Shown: in pieces, positions 39,668-53,394 of the stretch
Layout: each line of letters opens with the position of its first letter
How positions within the stretch are numbered: the stretch's first letter is position 1
DNA from: Stegostoma tigrinum
Lineage: Eukaryota
Direction: 5' to 3'
Assembly: GCF_030684315.1 (NCBI RefSeq)
Contig: NC_081398.1
Span: 2,902,402-2,966,401, forward strand
Length of the DNA stretch: 64,000 nucleotides
The notes under the pieces: model-generated
Databases searched by the model: none
What the model was told of the DNA's origin: nothing
What the model saw: only the letters and a program-made list of their open reading frames with translations
Made by a program: the position numbers and the translations under genes

Positions 39668-42600
39668 ATGATGTGGTCCTTATTTTTAGTTCTTTTTTTA
39701 GTTGGGGTAGTTTGTTGTAATCATAGTGAATATTTAATACAACAAGAGATTCTGAAGGGTAGGTTCAGGGTGACCTCTGCTTCTGACCCAATTCCTAGTG
39801 ATTGGGTTCTTGCCACTATTACAAGTATTTCCTACTCCTCCTCAGTGCATGCTATTGTGGCTCTGTGTGGGAAGGAAGTATTACTGGTGGTGGCAAAGCT
39901 AGACCTATTTGGAACTGGCCACTTAATCCAGGCTGTAGATTTGATTCTAGGGCCTCCAGGTTGTCCATTCACACATGTAGACACTTGGATGAATATTGTG
40001 CTCTTCTACTATCATATCTCTGACTGTGGCACTAATCTTGTAATGGTAAGATGGTCTATCAATTCCACTCTATCAGTTTTTTTTGTTTTGGCCTTTCCTT
40101 TGTTCCTTTTACTTTCCTTTCTCTAGCTTTCCCTTTTTTTGTTTAGGGGACTAGTAAGAAGCAAACTATTTGTTTCTTAATTTGTGTTTTATATTCTTAA
40201 CTAATGTTACCACTAATGTTATTAACACTTCCTACTTTTCAGGTCACTGAGCGCCATCTCCTCTACTCTAACCACCTGTACTACATGGTAAAGGAACCTA
40301 GGCTGGCCATTGTGCGAACTAGTTTAGACATGGCCCTCATTGAATGCCATTATCCCAGGTAATATTTCCTAGGACCTCATATCTGTTCTGGTTTTCAGTG
40401 TAAACTGGAAGTTGATGGCCTTTCCTTCTGGTAGGAAGGCAGATGTTAACAGTCAAGCTGTCTGGCCCACTTGGCTCCCCTTTAAATCACTCTTGAATGA
40501 TGGGAGATTTTTGTCGTATTCCCTGCGACAGATGAATGGTAAGGACCAAGATGCTTGTTTAAATGATGGCTGGAATTTCAGAAACTGTGTGGCTGAGTTC
40601 AAACTGAAGTGCCTGTTGTACCTTTGGCATTTTCTTCCACTTTGTAGATAAGTGGGATGCAGAGCGTGTATCAAATGTCTACTATTTGGGAGAGCTTATC
40701 CATATTGAGGCCTCTGTCATGACTATAGGCCATGAGCCATTGCGGCTTTATGTTGATAACTGTGTGGCAACGTTGACTCCAGACAAGGATTCTACTCCCA
40801 GATACCAACTCATTGATTTCAGTGGGTAAGGCTGTACTTTAATTAATTAACATGCTTCAAGGCTAACAATCCTATTAGTACATTGATGTATTCTGTCCAA
40901 TTCTTTCCAGCTGCCTTATGGATAGTAGAGTTAGTGGTTCCTGTTCTTCTTTTGTGTCACCAAGAGCTCATCAGAACAAACTCCAGATCAACCTAGGTGC
41001 ATTCAGATTCTTGAACGGAAGGAGTTTGGTAAGATCGTCTGAGTTAACTAACACCTCCAGAGCAACATACTGCTGGGCTTCTTCTCTATGTAGAAGTTGA
41101 GGGGATTTAATTGTGCAGTTCAATTCAGGGGCTTGTTGTTTCTCCTTACCTCAATGTTCCACTATTCAGAAGTCTAGGAACCAGAGGATACAGATCTGAT
41201 CAACAAAACACTGGCTGAAATGCTGAGCAGCTTCTTCAAAAGCTGCATAGATAAGTGAGAAGTAAACTTCTAGGCCTTTAACAGTAGTGCTAGATTGGTA
41301 ATGGTTGGTTTACCGTAGACAGCCGGCATGGACTTGGTGCCATGAAGTGGTTGCTTTCTGTTGATAGTGATGTTGTCTTACTATCACTAGAATCCAGAAA
41401 CTACTTGATTTTGCAGACTGCTTAGGTTTAAAGGCCTGTTAATGACCAAATTTTTGCTAATGGTGGGTGAGATTGTAAGCCCATTAAGTAATGTAGGCAA
41501 CATGTGGGTGATTGGCTGCTGAGATGGGTTGGTTAGAAGGCTTGCCTCAGATCTCAAACATTGTCAAAATTGCTATAAGTGCTCAGGCTGCCTTACTATT
41601 CAATTTGTACTATGTTACTTGCATAGTAACATTTCTGTATTAATGACAGGCAGCCTTCTGGACTCATAAATTCTAGAACCTTAACATTTTATTTTAACTA
41701 AACATATCAAGAATGAATGCCATGGGGGTGGGGAATTCTATTCATGAAATGAACTACAATATTCTAAGTTCCATGTGTTTAAAGTTTAAATGCATGTTTG
41801 CTTTTAACAAAGTTGATCTCTTCATGGCCTCACTAAAAATGTCTGTACTTGGCTGATGGCAGAGCAAAATTACAAATGCATAGTATTCATAATGACCTCA
41901 GCTGTGGTAACCATTAATGTCAGCAAGTATCTTGATTAAAATTGCAAGAACAGATGTTTTCAATCAGTTGGCTAATAAAGTCCAATGGGGGTATTTCTTA
42001 ATCAGTAAGATGTGATTCAGCATTTTTAAATCCCAGCCTGGATCATGATCCATTGAAACAGACCTGATCTGCCCTCCAAGGGTGTTTGATGTAATTGTGG
42101 CTCCCACTCTAGTTAAGGCCCATTGAATATTGAAAATGGGCTCTTTGAATGGAGAACACTTCAAATGGTCAGGCTGAGCTAGGAGTTTTTAAACCTATGA
42201 TCCACACCCTGCCTCCTCCACCCCCTCCTGCAATGGCAAAATGGGAGTGGGATTTGTATCTCCAAGTCCTCACCACCATTTTTAAGTCATCTGTCTAATT
42301 CTACACACATCCAGTCCCATATCCCTGATTTTAGGGATTATTTTTCAGGGATTTTTGGTATTTGACATGAATTGGGAGTAATGGGTAAAACTTGAGTCAT
42401 CCAATTTGGAGTTGCATGTCTTTAAATTGCCACAAACTATATTTTGAATTGGCTCTTTATGAAATTTCATAATCAAATAAGAAAACATTAACTGTTTGCA
42501 TAATGCAAACAAGCTCACTCAAGTGAGCAAGCTAAGCTTTACCTCATGTAGCTAAATGCCATTTAATTGGTTAATAGTTTAGTCAAACCAACAGGGTCTG

Positions 42601-43990
42601 TCTCTGGCTGTCCAGGGTTTGATCCTTGTGCAGTGTTCTTTGAAGTTCTGCTAAAGAATCCTCAAGTGGAATTCTTAATGGAATTTTGGCTTGTGAAGTT
42701 TGACATGACATTTGATCCAGAGCATTGATTTGATTTCTGGAGGCAAGTCTGTAACTTGTCTTCAGAATGTTCCTGTTCCTTGTTAATTTGGCATTAACTG
42801 TCTTAAGACATCACTTTCCTTCTGCAGACAAAGGGTTTAATGACAGGAATGTCCTGATGTAATCTTAATTGTCCATTTGACATGAGGTGGCAGGGTATCA
42901 AGTAGTGTTATGTCCTCCCTTCTAGAAATCAGTTTGCTGCTTTCAGGATGGTTAGTTAACATTGTTCTTAATTTCTTTAGGCAGTTGTCATTGTCTCTGG
43001 AAAAGTTATTCCAGCAAGTGTTGCTGATTCTTTTGATCTCTGAACAGTTAATGTTTTGAAGTTGACAGTATCATAGCCTCTCCTGATCTGAGATTTTTAT
43101 TGCAGATCTTCATCACCTGTAATTTAAAAGCCACTGAGATAGGTAGAGTGCCAGATCCAGCCAACAAAGCTTGCTTCTTCCAGAAACAGGAAAATGAGTA
43201 AGTAACTCACCACTGGTTTCTCCACAAATTATTGATAGCAACCTGAGAAATTGCCCTTTCACAGGTGGATCCCTGTAGAGGGATCGAATGAAATTTGTCA
43301 GTGCTGTGACCATGGGAATTGCAGAGGCAGCAGAGGAAATGTTGGCTTTCACCAGAGAACAGCTGGTATGTATTTCTGGGACAGGATATTTTATTGTTTT
43401 ACCTTGGTGCTTAAAGTTGTTTGAGATAACTGGCTTAATCTGAGGGTTATCATAGCTTGGGCAAGGGGTAGGGTTGAGAAGGCAACTGCTGTCGGTAATG
43501 ATCCCCCAGTGGTTTTTGTTACTCTGCTTTGCAAATCAGCAATCCAGTTAAACTGACTCCTAATTTATCTGATTGCATCAATACTTCAGCATTTCAACTG
43601 CTATGTAATACAAACACACTGTTTAGTGTTTCAATCTCAGGATGACCAATTAAGGACAGGAGAAATTCAGATGGGACCTTTGGTAATCCTGGCTTCTGAG
43701 TCTGGAGACTTTGCTCCTAGAACGCAAACGGAAAACCAGAATATATCAAATGGACAAGGAACCCCTGAGCACAGTAAGATCTAGAATCACCCGGCTTACT
43801 CAAACCTTCCCTGTACTAAGAACTAACCAAAAACTTGTTTTCTGCAGATGGTGTGCACCTGAAGATCATAGTGGGAGTAGTAGGAGCTGTGGCTCTGATG
43901 CTGTCAGGCTTGGTGGTAGGAGGGATTATAATCTGTGGATATCTGACCATTTTCAATCTGTACAACAAGCTAATCAAGCCCTCCATTTAG
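39668..43990 (+). CDS. ZP3: Zona pellucida sperm-binding protein 3-like (ZPC), 9 coding exons, about 458 aa: 39668-40045, 40243-40358, 40435-40538, 40648-40825, 40911-41028, 43106-43197, 43265-43365, 43627-43773, 43848-43990
   Basis: All GT-AG introns phase-compatible, total 1377 nt; signal peptide; DLFGTG, CGT, IECHYPR, PTWLPF, YYLGELIHIEASV, DNCVAT, GCLMDS, IFITCNLK, NKACFF, ICQCCDHGNC; EHP EIQMGPLVIL; TM helix; AATAAA 44015-44020. Exact paralog not determined. Confidence 0.93.
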
Positions 43991-44489
43991 CCCTGGCTTG
44001 TATTTCCCTGAGCAAATAAAGGTCAACAATGAAGCAATTTTCAACAGTGGAGGAAGTGGCATCACTCATCAGCTCTATCGAGAACATTTGACCTCTGGCT
44101 GTACAACAGTGACCAAGTCATTTTAAATTTAACATGTTAATTAAATTGTTTTTTTTGGAGACTGATCCAGAGTAACACTTTTTTAGCCAATGTAGATACC
44201 ATGGAATGGCCTTTGTATTTTTCCATGGTTCTGGGTGTGGTCTGCAGAACATGTTTTGTTTTACAATACTTTCTGCACTGAACTGATTTTTTTATTCATA
44301 CTGAAACATGCAAACAGTTTTCAGTGCAAGCCTTTATCCAGTACTTTTACACAGCACAAGTGAGGTCTGTGGGGAAAGTCTCTCTCAATCATGTTGGCTT
44401 CTATCAGATGAGGAACCATAACTTGACCTCTAGCCACTTGTTGCAGTAGACCACCCTGAAGTGACCACACATGTGGCTGTTAAAAACCT

Positions 44490-46560
44490 AAAAAATAGGA
44501 GTAGGAAAATGCCATTCAATATAATCGTGGCTTATCCTTCTCAGTACTGTCCCTGCTTTTGGTCTATATGCTTTGATCCCTTTTAAACCTAAGTCATATC
44601 TAACACTTTAACTATGGTGGATTGGTTTCAACCATTTCCTGTGACAGAATTCCACAGAATCACTACTGTCTAGGTGAAGAAACTTCTCCATTCCCAAAGG
44701 GCCTGCCTATATCTTTTAACTAGAATAAAATTGCAGGCCTTACTCCATGTGGTCACTATACAATTGCAGCAAAACATCCATGTATTCAAATCCTCTTGCT
44801 AGGAAGACCAGCACATTTGCCTTCATCTGTTGCACCTGTATACTTTTGGCAACTGTACAAGACAGTGTCTTGTTGCACTGCCTTTTTCCTAATCTGTTGC
44901 CATAGAGAAGATTACATATATAACTGCACACTTATTCTTCATCTACCAGGTGTTTGCCCACTCAATATGTCTAAATCACCATTGAAGCATCTCTGCATCC
45001 TGCTCACAATTCACCCTCCCACCCTGATTTGTCTCCAAATATGGAAATATTTGCTTTAGTTCCCTCAGCTAAGTCATTAATATAGCTGGGGTTCAAACAC
45101 TGGTCCCTGTGGTAACCAACTGGTGACTACACCCACAGCCACTGTTTCCTCTGGCAGTTCATTCCACATGAACCACTGGGGGATATTTGTCCCCTGTCCT
45201 TTTAAATCTTTCTCCTCCTTAAATATATCCCTTAGCCTTGAAATCCCCAGCCTAAAGAAAAGACACTTGCCATTCACCATACATATACTCTTCACGATTT
45301 TCAGCACTTCTCCTTGTAAAGAGACCAAAATATAACAACTCTGTTCGCTGTTGGAACAGACCTAAATCTCCTTTTTTTTTCTCTTCACACTATACTAAAG
45401 CTAAGAGCTTCTGTAAGTACACTCCCTGCAGGCTCACATTTGTACTCTATCATTCTGCTCCCCACCCCAATTCAGTACCCTTGTCCTTTGCAGATTTCTA
45501 AACTATTCCCAGTCCTTAGGTCTGCTGTTCTTGGTCAATTTGTATGCCCTTTGGATCTAAGCATCTCCAATTTCCCTTGTCCATAGTCTAGCTACCTTCC
45601 CCATGTTTATTTGTGCTAAACAGATGAGCAACTGTTCCTCCATGCACTCAATATTTGTCATTGCTCATCTGTCATAATTAACTTCCTACCTATCATGAAC
45701 AGCTCATGCCTCAATGTATACATACTGATTTAGTTTCTGGTTAAGATTCAGGACCTTAATCTCAGGATCCACTATTGTACTCCATGATGGTGAGTCTATC
45801 ATACCATAGTCACACTTCTGAGGGGCCTTAGCTAAATAACCAGTAACTTTCTTGCTCATTTTACACCATTTATGACCTTGCTAGTTGCTTCCTCAATGTA
45901 TTAGTCTAGAAAACATCTAATGCACACTGCAATAGTTACCTTTCTCTGGTAATCTTCTGATTTTTATTTGTCTAATCTATTTGCAGATTAAGTCACAAAA
46001 TTACAGCTGGATCTTCTATTGATCATGGATGGAATTTCATGTTTAATGTCTTCCTCAGCATTACTAATGTCATTTTCTGTCCCTTTAATGTTAAGTTCAA
46101 CCTGTACAAATCAACTTCACTGGAGCTAATATCTATCTTCACTACAGTATGAATGTCCTATTTAATCACAAATGCAACCCAACTCCCTTTCCTCTTGTTC
46201 CTAACTGAATCTGAGGTAGTTTTCTTTTTCAGTTTGGTTCACAAACTTCCTTTAGGGAAGGAAGCTGCCATTGTACCTGGTCTGGCCAAATGTGACTTCA
46301 TGGCTACAAGTGGTTGACTCTTAACTGCCCTCCAGACAATTTGGGATGGGCAATAAATGGTGGCCTAGCCACTGACCTTCATCCTGTGAATTAAAAAATA
46401 AGTTCCCATTCCTGGTCACCTTACAGCCACATCTCTGCAGTCCCAACCCTGTTATGTTTATTTATTTACACAACTAATTCACTTTATGACAAATACTGTG
46501 CATAAGATATTTCCTTTAAGTCTAGTATTGACATTTAGTCCTGGTCACGTTATTTAGCAT
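44490..46560 (-). mobile_element. Highly degenerate CR1 LINE with nested CR1 and SINE pieces
   Basis: Fragments such as LARGFEYMDVLLQLY and LPQGPVFEPQLY. Confidence 0.7.
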
Positions 46561-49500
46561 TGGCTTGAATTATCTGCCTGTACTTTATTTGTGATTGTAC
46601 AGTATAGAAAAAAGACCTGTCTGTCCAATTCACTATGCTGACTAAGCTTCACCAAATAAACTAGTCCCATTTTCCTGCTTTTAGCTCATCCTGCAAACTT
46701 ACCAATTCCTGTACCTGACCAAATGTCTTTAAATGTTGTAACATGCGTGCATCTACCACTGCCTCTGGCAATTCATTCCACATAAGCCACCTTGTAGAAA
46801 AAGCTGCCCCTCACTTCCCTTTTTTAAACTGAATAGTGGATGGGTTTTGGGGAGTCAGAAGGTAAGTTACTTCCTGTGGGATTCCTCATGTCTGACCTCT
46901 TGTAATCACTGTGACCAGCCCATTTTGTTCCTAGTTAATGGTAACACCAGAGTGGTGTTACTGGGGATTCAGTGACGGTAATGCCACAATGTCAAGGTTC
47001 AAAGGTTAGATTCTCTTGGACAGTACTTGTGGCAAGAAGTTTGCTACTTCTAAGCCCAATTCTAGATATTGTTCAGGCCTTGCAGCTTTTTGGTCATAGG
47101 CTCTTCAATATCTGAAGAGTTGTGAATGGTGCTGAACATTGTACAATTAGTGACCATCTCCACTTCTGATCTTTAAAATGCTGAGAAAGTTATTGAAGCA
47201 ACTGTATTTGGGCCTAGAAAACTAAATTTATCTCCAAGATTTTGCTCTGGAACTGAGGTGACTGATCCCCAACCACACACCCTCTTCTTTGTGCTAGGTG
47301 TATGATTCCATCCAGCAGAGAATTTTACCCCACGTTGTCTAGTTCTGCTAGGGCTCCCTGATGCCACACTTGGTCAAAAGCTGCCTTGGTGTCAAAGCAG
47401 TCACTTGTCTCAACTTTCAGAGTTCAGCTCTCCATTTTTGAACCAAGGCTGTACTGAGGTCAGGGCTTTGTGGCACTAGTGGAACCAAAATGAGCATCCA
47501 AGAGGAGATCCGAGATAATGGGAACTGCAGATGCTGGAGAATCCATAACAAAGTGTGGAGCTGGATGAACACAGCAGGCCAAGTAGCATCTCAGGAGCAA
47601 ATGCTGCTTAGCCTGCTGTGTTCATCCGGCTCCACACTGTTATCCAAGAGGAAATTATTACTAAGTAACTGCTACTTGATAGGACTGTTAAGGATCCCTA
47701 CTGAGTAGACTAGAGTGGTAACTGGTTGCATTGATTTGTCCTTTTTGTAGATGGGTCATATCGGAACAACCTTCCCAATTGCTGGTAGATACCAATTGTA
47801 GCTCTGGAGCACAAATCTTCAGTATGACTACTAGAATGGTGTCCAGGCCTGTGTAGCCTTTGCAACATCCAGTGCCCTCAGCTAGTTCCTTGATATCAGA
47901 TGAAGTTTATCAATTTGATAAAGGCTGAAGTGAGCAAAATTTAAAAACAGGGAAATTTTTGGATTTGAATAATTAAAGGTTGGCTATGCTGGTGTCCATC
48001 CTCAAGATGGATGCAGATGAAGGGAGAGCTGGAGAATTGAGTACATGTACAATAATAGTATTTGGTGATCTATGTGAGGAACTTGAACAAAACAAAATTG
48101 AGGAACTTAAATCTGAATTGATATTTCAGATTATGGATAATAAGATGTTGAATTTTAAGACAATTATATAATAGATTTCAGTTTATCCACATGTAGGTTA
48201 TTTAAGCAGGTCATCACTTGATGTTCTTGATCGTACTTTAACCTTTTAAGGCAAAGGGGTGGGAAAGTAACATCTTGCCCTATAAAAGCAAATGTTTCCA
48301 AGGAAGTGTTTTTAATGACTCTCATGTTAAATATTTGACACTCAATTTCATTAATAGTATGGCTGCTGACTTTAGTTACAATTACACTTTTTTTAAAGAT
48401 AAAGAATGATGGCTCCCTTTTCAGAGGTAGTATGGAAGTATTTAAAATCAGTAGGATCAGGGCCATAATCTTTTGCATCAGCTCCTCCAAATGCAATTAA
48501 ACAGCATGAGAGCATGGAATTGGTCACTTTTTTAAAGGTGGGGTAAAAGTAATTAAATCAGTGAGCTATCCTTCACACATTTACATATGTCACCTGTAAT
48601 TTAAACACAGGACTGATCTCATGTGGAGCCAAGCTTTTACATTAAGCTAAATTAGAGCATGCAAATAGGTGACAAAATGTTGTCACTAGAATTGTATTTA
48701 CAACTGTAAGAATTGTTGAGCTATTCCAACCCCTGGGGAGGAACTGTAGGGTTAGTGGGGATACTTTTTGTGAAGCTAGCAGTTTTATAGCTAAACTAAG
48801 TCACTGATTTTTCACAAAGAAAGCACTAATTGATTAATCTGATTATAGTATTCTGCCTAAGCATAGACAATATAGATTGTCCTAACATTGAGTTAGCTTC
48901 ATTAACCTAGAAAAGTACCAGGCAATTGCAAGCAGGGTGTAGATAATTTTGCTTTTACAGCTAAGTGAGGAGCATCTGGATCCAGGCTTCCAAGGTTTTC
49001 TAATCAGCCTGTTTTAATTCTCAATCCTGGAACAAGTAGAACTTCAACTCAGGCCTCCTAACTTGAGTGGGGACACCTACCACTGGGCCTCGAACCATTT
49101 TATCCCTATTCTGTCAATTGAATGTGTCACCATATAACCCACAGTATCCCATTGATTTTTGACTTAAAGTAAATCTGATTCTGCTTTCTAGGCAACCTGT
49201 TCCAAGGTTATTACCCACCTTGGGAACAGGTGGCACTTGAACGAAGGTCTCCTGGCTAAGTAGGGACACTACCAATGCTGCAGAACCCTAATCTCATTTA
49301 GTCTTAATCTAGTTTATAACAAACCTGTCCAGATGTTCCCACTTCTGGACCAGGTGCGATCAAGTTGGTCAAACAAGAACTCGCTTTAAAACAATGTTGA
49401 TTATTTGCGATCAATCTGTGCCCCTCAATGCAGATTAATTGTCCCTCAGAATTGGTTCCAATAGCTTCACTAACAGGTTAGGTTGACTACCCTGGTTTAT

Positions 49501-52428
49501 TCCTTGCTCCTGTGAATATATTCACAAGGTATTGTGGTATCATCCTCATCAATTGGCATTACATTGTGCACTGGTCAGGTAGCAATCAGATGACTTTTTA
49601 AAAGCATAATCAAGAGATCAAAATTGCTGCCCAATTCTGTTACATCTCCATAAGCTATGTAACAGACTGTAAAGGTTACCCAAAGGCACTCAGTACTTTA
49701 AGTCCTTTCTCATGGAATTCAAGTTCTTTAAAATTAATTTTAAGATTACTTCATTTCTGGGTGTGTGTGTGTGTGTGGTCTAATTCTCCATATTTATTGA
49801 TGGAGAACCAGGCCTCTAGGAGTTCCTGTGCTTGTCTCTGTTTGGCCTGTCCTAGGATGCTGATGTCCCACTCGAACTGGTTGTTCTCCTTTTTATCCAT
49901 GTGGATGGAGATAAGTGATATTCATGACCAATACTTGTGCTGAACAGCTCATTTCTGAAGGGTCCTGCCCCAAAACATCAACTTGCCTGCCCTTCTGCTG
50001 CCTGGCCTGCTGTGTTCCTCTAGCTCCACACTGTTACATCTGACTCCAACATATACAGTTCTTACAATCTCTTGAACTTCTGCCTCTTTTTCATCTGCCT
50101 GAATATGTGATCATAGAATCCCTACAAAGTAGAAGTAGTCCATTTGGTCTATCAAGTTCCGTTTGACCGATCAGGTCCATGCCTATTTCCTCATCATGAC
50201 TTCATTTTTAAGATAGCAACATTTGAGGACATACTCATTCATCTTTTGTGTATGCCTTTTCATATAACTTCCTTCAGTCTTTTTGATGCAAATTCAACTA
50301 ACCTCTGAACTGAAAATATCCACTTTGCCCTCTTACTTGTTCTTACTTTTCCTCAACCGGTTGATCCAATGTAATTTCTAATAAGGGAACTCCAACTTCC
50401 TTTTTGATTTTTTTTTTTTTCCCCACCTGTTTCAAGCTGTGGCTTTGACCCTGTTACCATGCAGTTAGGTAAAAATCCCAGGATATATTTCCTGTAACAT
50501 CTCAGCTCTCTTTTTTTTTTTCTCTACTGGCTTTTCAACCTCAATAGGCATCACTCAACTGATCCACCTATACCATTTGAGGATCCAGAGCAGGGAATTT
50601 CTCGATTACTCCTATCACCACTTTTCATTGGACTGTCCAACCTCACCTTGTATAATGGAACACTACTCTTGCTATGAATTTCACAACCTTTTCTGGCAAT
50701 ACTCTTTCCAAAGTACATACCTCCTCATCTCTCACCATCTGATTTGCTCATGTATCTCTTTTTTTTAAAAATTTTACTTTCTTTACTTACTATGGTACAT
50801 AAGTAAACCTTACTCTCTCACAGGTAACTTCTTTAAAGAGAGCTGGTGCACTTATCAATCAATCCCTCACCAGCTGTACATTCTTTTGTGGCTGTTTAAC
50901 TTCCACTGAGATCTCCTTAACCACTTAATAAATCCCACACACTCATTCTGCTACAACACCTGTCTCCTCAGTGCTTTCCTTAAGTCACTAACTGACTTCA
51001 TGTGCTCTGCTTTACTGTACTGAAAGCATCAGTGTGTTTTTAACTTTTCCACCCTTGTGGGTTTCTTTTTCTAACCTGTGGTAAACTATCTTTACTATCC
51101 ACTGAGGTCTTGTTTTCCTTTACAACCTGAGGTTTTCTCTTTCCATTTCTATCCTTCACCATTTAAATTGAAGTCAGAAGGCAAACTTTGATTTATGAAC
51201 TAATTCATAATCTTCTGCTACTAATCTTGTAGTTATTGCACATGAGTTCTCACTACAGGGAGTGAATTTTTGAACTATCCAAAATAAGTAGAGCATCATA
51301 TGTCAGATCTATTTTCAATGACCTTATCCATACATCAGTCAATTTATGATCCTTTCAAACTGTTTGACCAGGTTCCCTCCTTAGATTCCACAAACATTGT
51401 CTGTAGGCTTTTGTCATTAGCTCACATACTTAGCTATTTTCATGACTCATACTCTCCAGGTACCTCCTCTGATAGACCTGGTGAGGTATTGCATCACTGC
51501 CTACCAACTTTGAGAATCAACAATATTCACAGTCACTGGCCATTCCATTTGTTTAGCCACTTTCTCAAATGAAATGAAAAAGGCTTCTGTCTCTCTCATC
51601 CAATGCTTGGGAATATTGAAACAGATTACCTGTAGGCTTTTGGCTATGATGGATTTGCTCTTCGCTTTCCCGATCACCACTACAATCTTCTGTCTTTGCC
51701 TCTGCCATTTTAAATTGACTTTCTTTTTCCATCACCAACTTCTGAAGTTCATGACCTCTTTCTTTTTTCCTCTGTTCTGCTAGGGCCTTTCTTTCTTTTT
51801 TTCCCCCCCATGCCTTTTAAATAGAAATATTTAAACTGTTTTATTTGTTTTTCAAATACATTTGCAGTTGAATTTTGGCTTGCATCGTATTTACAATTGC
51901 CAGGACACGTGCTGCAATGATCTCCCCTTACCTCCCAGAAACAGGAATCTCCAACTTCAATTTATTTGCCAATTCCAAAAGCTTTGCTTTGCCCACTTTC
52001 TGTAAAACATCTGAAGTGAAATCTTCCACCCCAGGAAACTCTTAGTGACTGAGACATGTTACTATGTAAGGCACATCCTGTTCAAACCAACCAAATACAG
52101 CAGCAGGAATAAAGACACCAACACTCACCACTTGCTGTCTGAGTCCGATTGTCCTAAACCCATCTGGAATTGAGGATTTTTAGTCTGATGAGCCCCCAGT
52201 TTGTTATTTTACCAGATTTTATCAACTATATCAAGGAGATAGCCTCGACCCTAACTTTTCTTATTTAAAGGTTAGTGTAAGGTGCAGTGTTTCAGCTGTA
52301 ATTTGACTAGTCACACTACATGGTGTTAAGTAAAGCACACTTTTTATTCTTACTCTTTAGTTAAAATACAAACAAAAGAAAGAAGAATTGATATAACTAA
52401 CACCATTCAACAACATAACAGAATAATA

Positions 52429-52652
52429 TCAGAGATAATGGGAACTGCAGATGCTGGAGAATTCCAAGATAATAAAATGTGAGGCTGGATGAACACAGCA
52501 GGCCAAGCAGCACCTCAGGAGCACAAAAGCTGACGTTTCGGGCCTAGACCCTTCATCAGAGCTCTGATGAAGGGTCTAGGCCCGAAACGTCAGCTTTTGT
52601 GCTCCTGAGATGCTGCTTGGCCTGCTGTGTTCATCCAGCCTCACATTTTATT
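52429..52652. mobile_element. Young Penelope-derived palindromic insertion with a hammerhead motif on each strand
   Basis: Arms about 52469-52561 / 52562-52654 with one visible mismatch; 14-bp TSD ataacagaataata (52415-52428, 52653-52666). Confidence 0.9.
52558..52597 (+). ncRNA. Minimal type I hammerhead ribozyme motif (mirror copy on -)
   Basis: CUGAUGA (52564-70), A, stem II GGGUCUAGGCCC, GAAAC-GUC (52584-91); AGAGCU upstream can pair with AGCUUU downstream as stem I. Confidence 0.7.
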
Positions 52653-53394
52653 ATAACAGAATAATAGATTATTTAACAACTCAACAACATCCCATAAATA
52701 CACCCCTGGAAGAAGTAAATTCAGTAAATCAGTGACTCTCATGCAATGTTTCTACGGTCCAGGAGGAAAGAACTGAAAATTCTGGCAGTGACTGAACCCA
52801 AGCATTTGGCTATAGGAGGGATAGATGCATGGCAGCTTCTCGACCCCAACAACTAAAGCTAAATTAAATCTCTGGCTCTGTATGAGTGTGACTCCACCCA
52901 TTTATGCAGCTTCTATTTTGCTAACTTAAGGCTCAAGGCCTTACAAGCTGCATACTTTATTGACTGGGGAGACAATGGCCTAGTGGTATTATTGCTGGCC
53001 TGTTCATCCAGGGACCCATAGCCTGGGAACTAGGGTTTAAATCCTGACATGGCAGATCGAGGAATTTGAATTTTAAAAAAAATCTGGAGTTAAGAATCCA
53101 ATAATGACTGTGAATCCATTGTTGATAAAACTCATCTGGTTCGTTAATGCTCTTTGGGGAAGGAAACTGTCATCCTTACCTGGTCTGGCCTACATGTGAC
53201 TCCAGACCCACAGCAATGTGGTTGACTCTTAACTGTCCTCTGGGCAATTAGGGATGGGCAATAAATGCTGCCTGGCCAGCATTACTCTTACCCTGTTAAT
53301 GAACAAAGAAACAGACTGCTCACCGCCCCTGTCTCCAGCTGTCCATTTAAAAAAAAGGACAAAATACGCCTCTTAAAGCTACAGTTTTGTCACA

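Larger units (their letters stand above)
50150..53394 (-). mobile_element. Gmr1-like Gypsy LTR element relic: 5' LTR 52202-53394, tRNA-Pro-like PBS 52184-52198, decayed gag-pol
   Basis: LTR TGT..ACA ends; PBS TGGGGGCTCATCAGA; degenerate SCAN-like gag (AYRQ..NLRREPGQT) at about 51250-51500 and YPGIF..CMVT at about 50460-50500. Confidence 0.7.

Noticed and set aside
39668-40126. 152-aa ORF as a standalone membrane protein
   Set aside because: It is ZP3 exon 1 reading through the donor at 40046 into a T-rich intron
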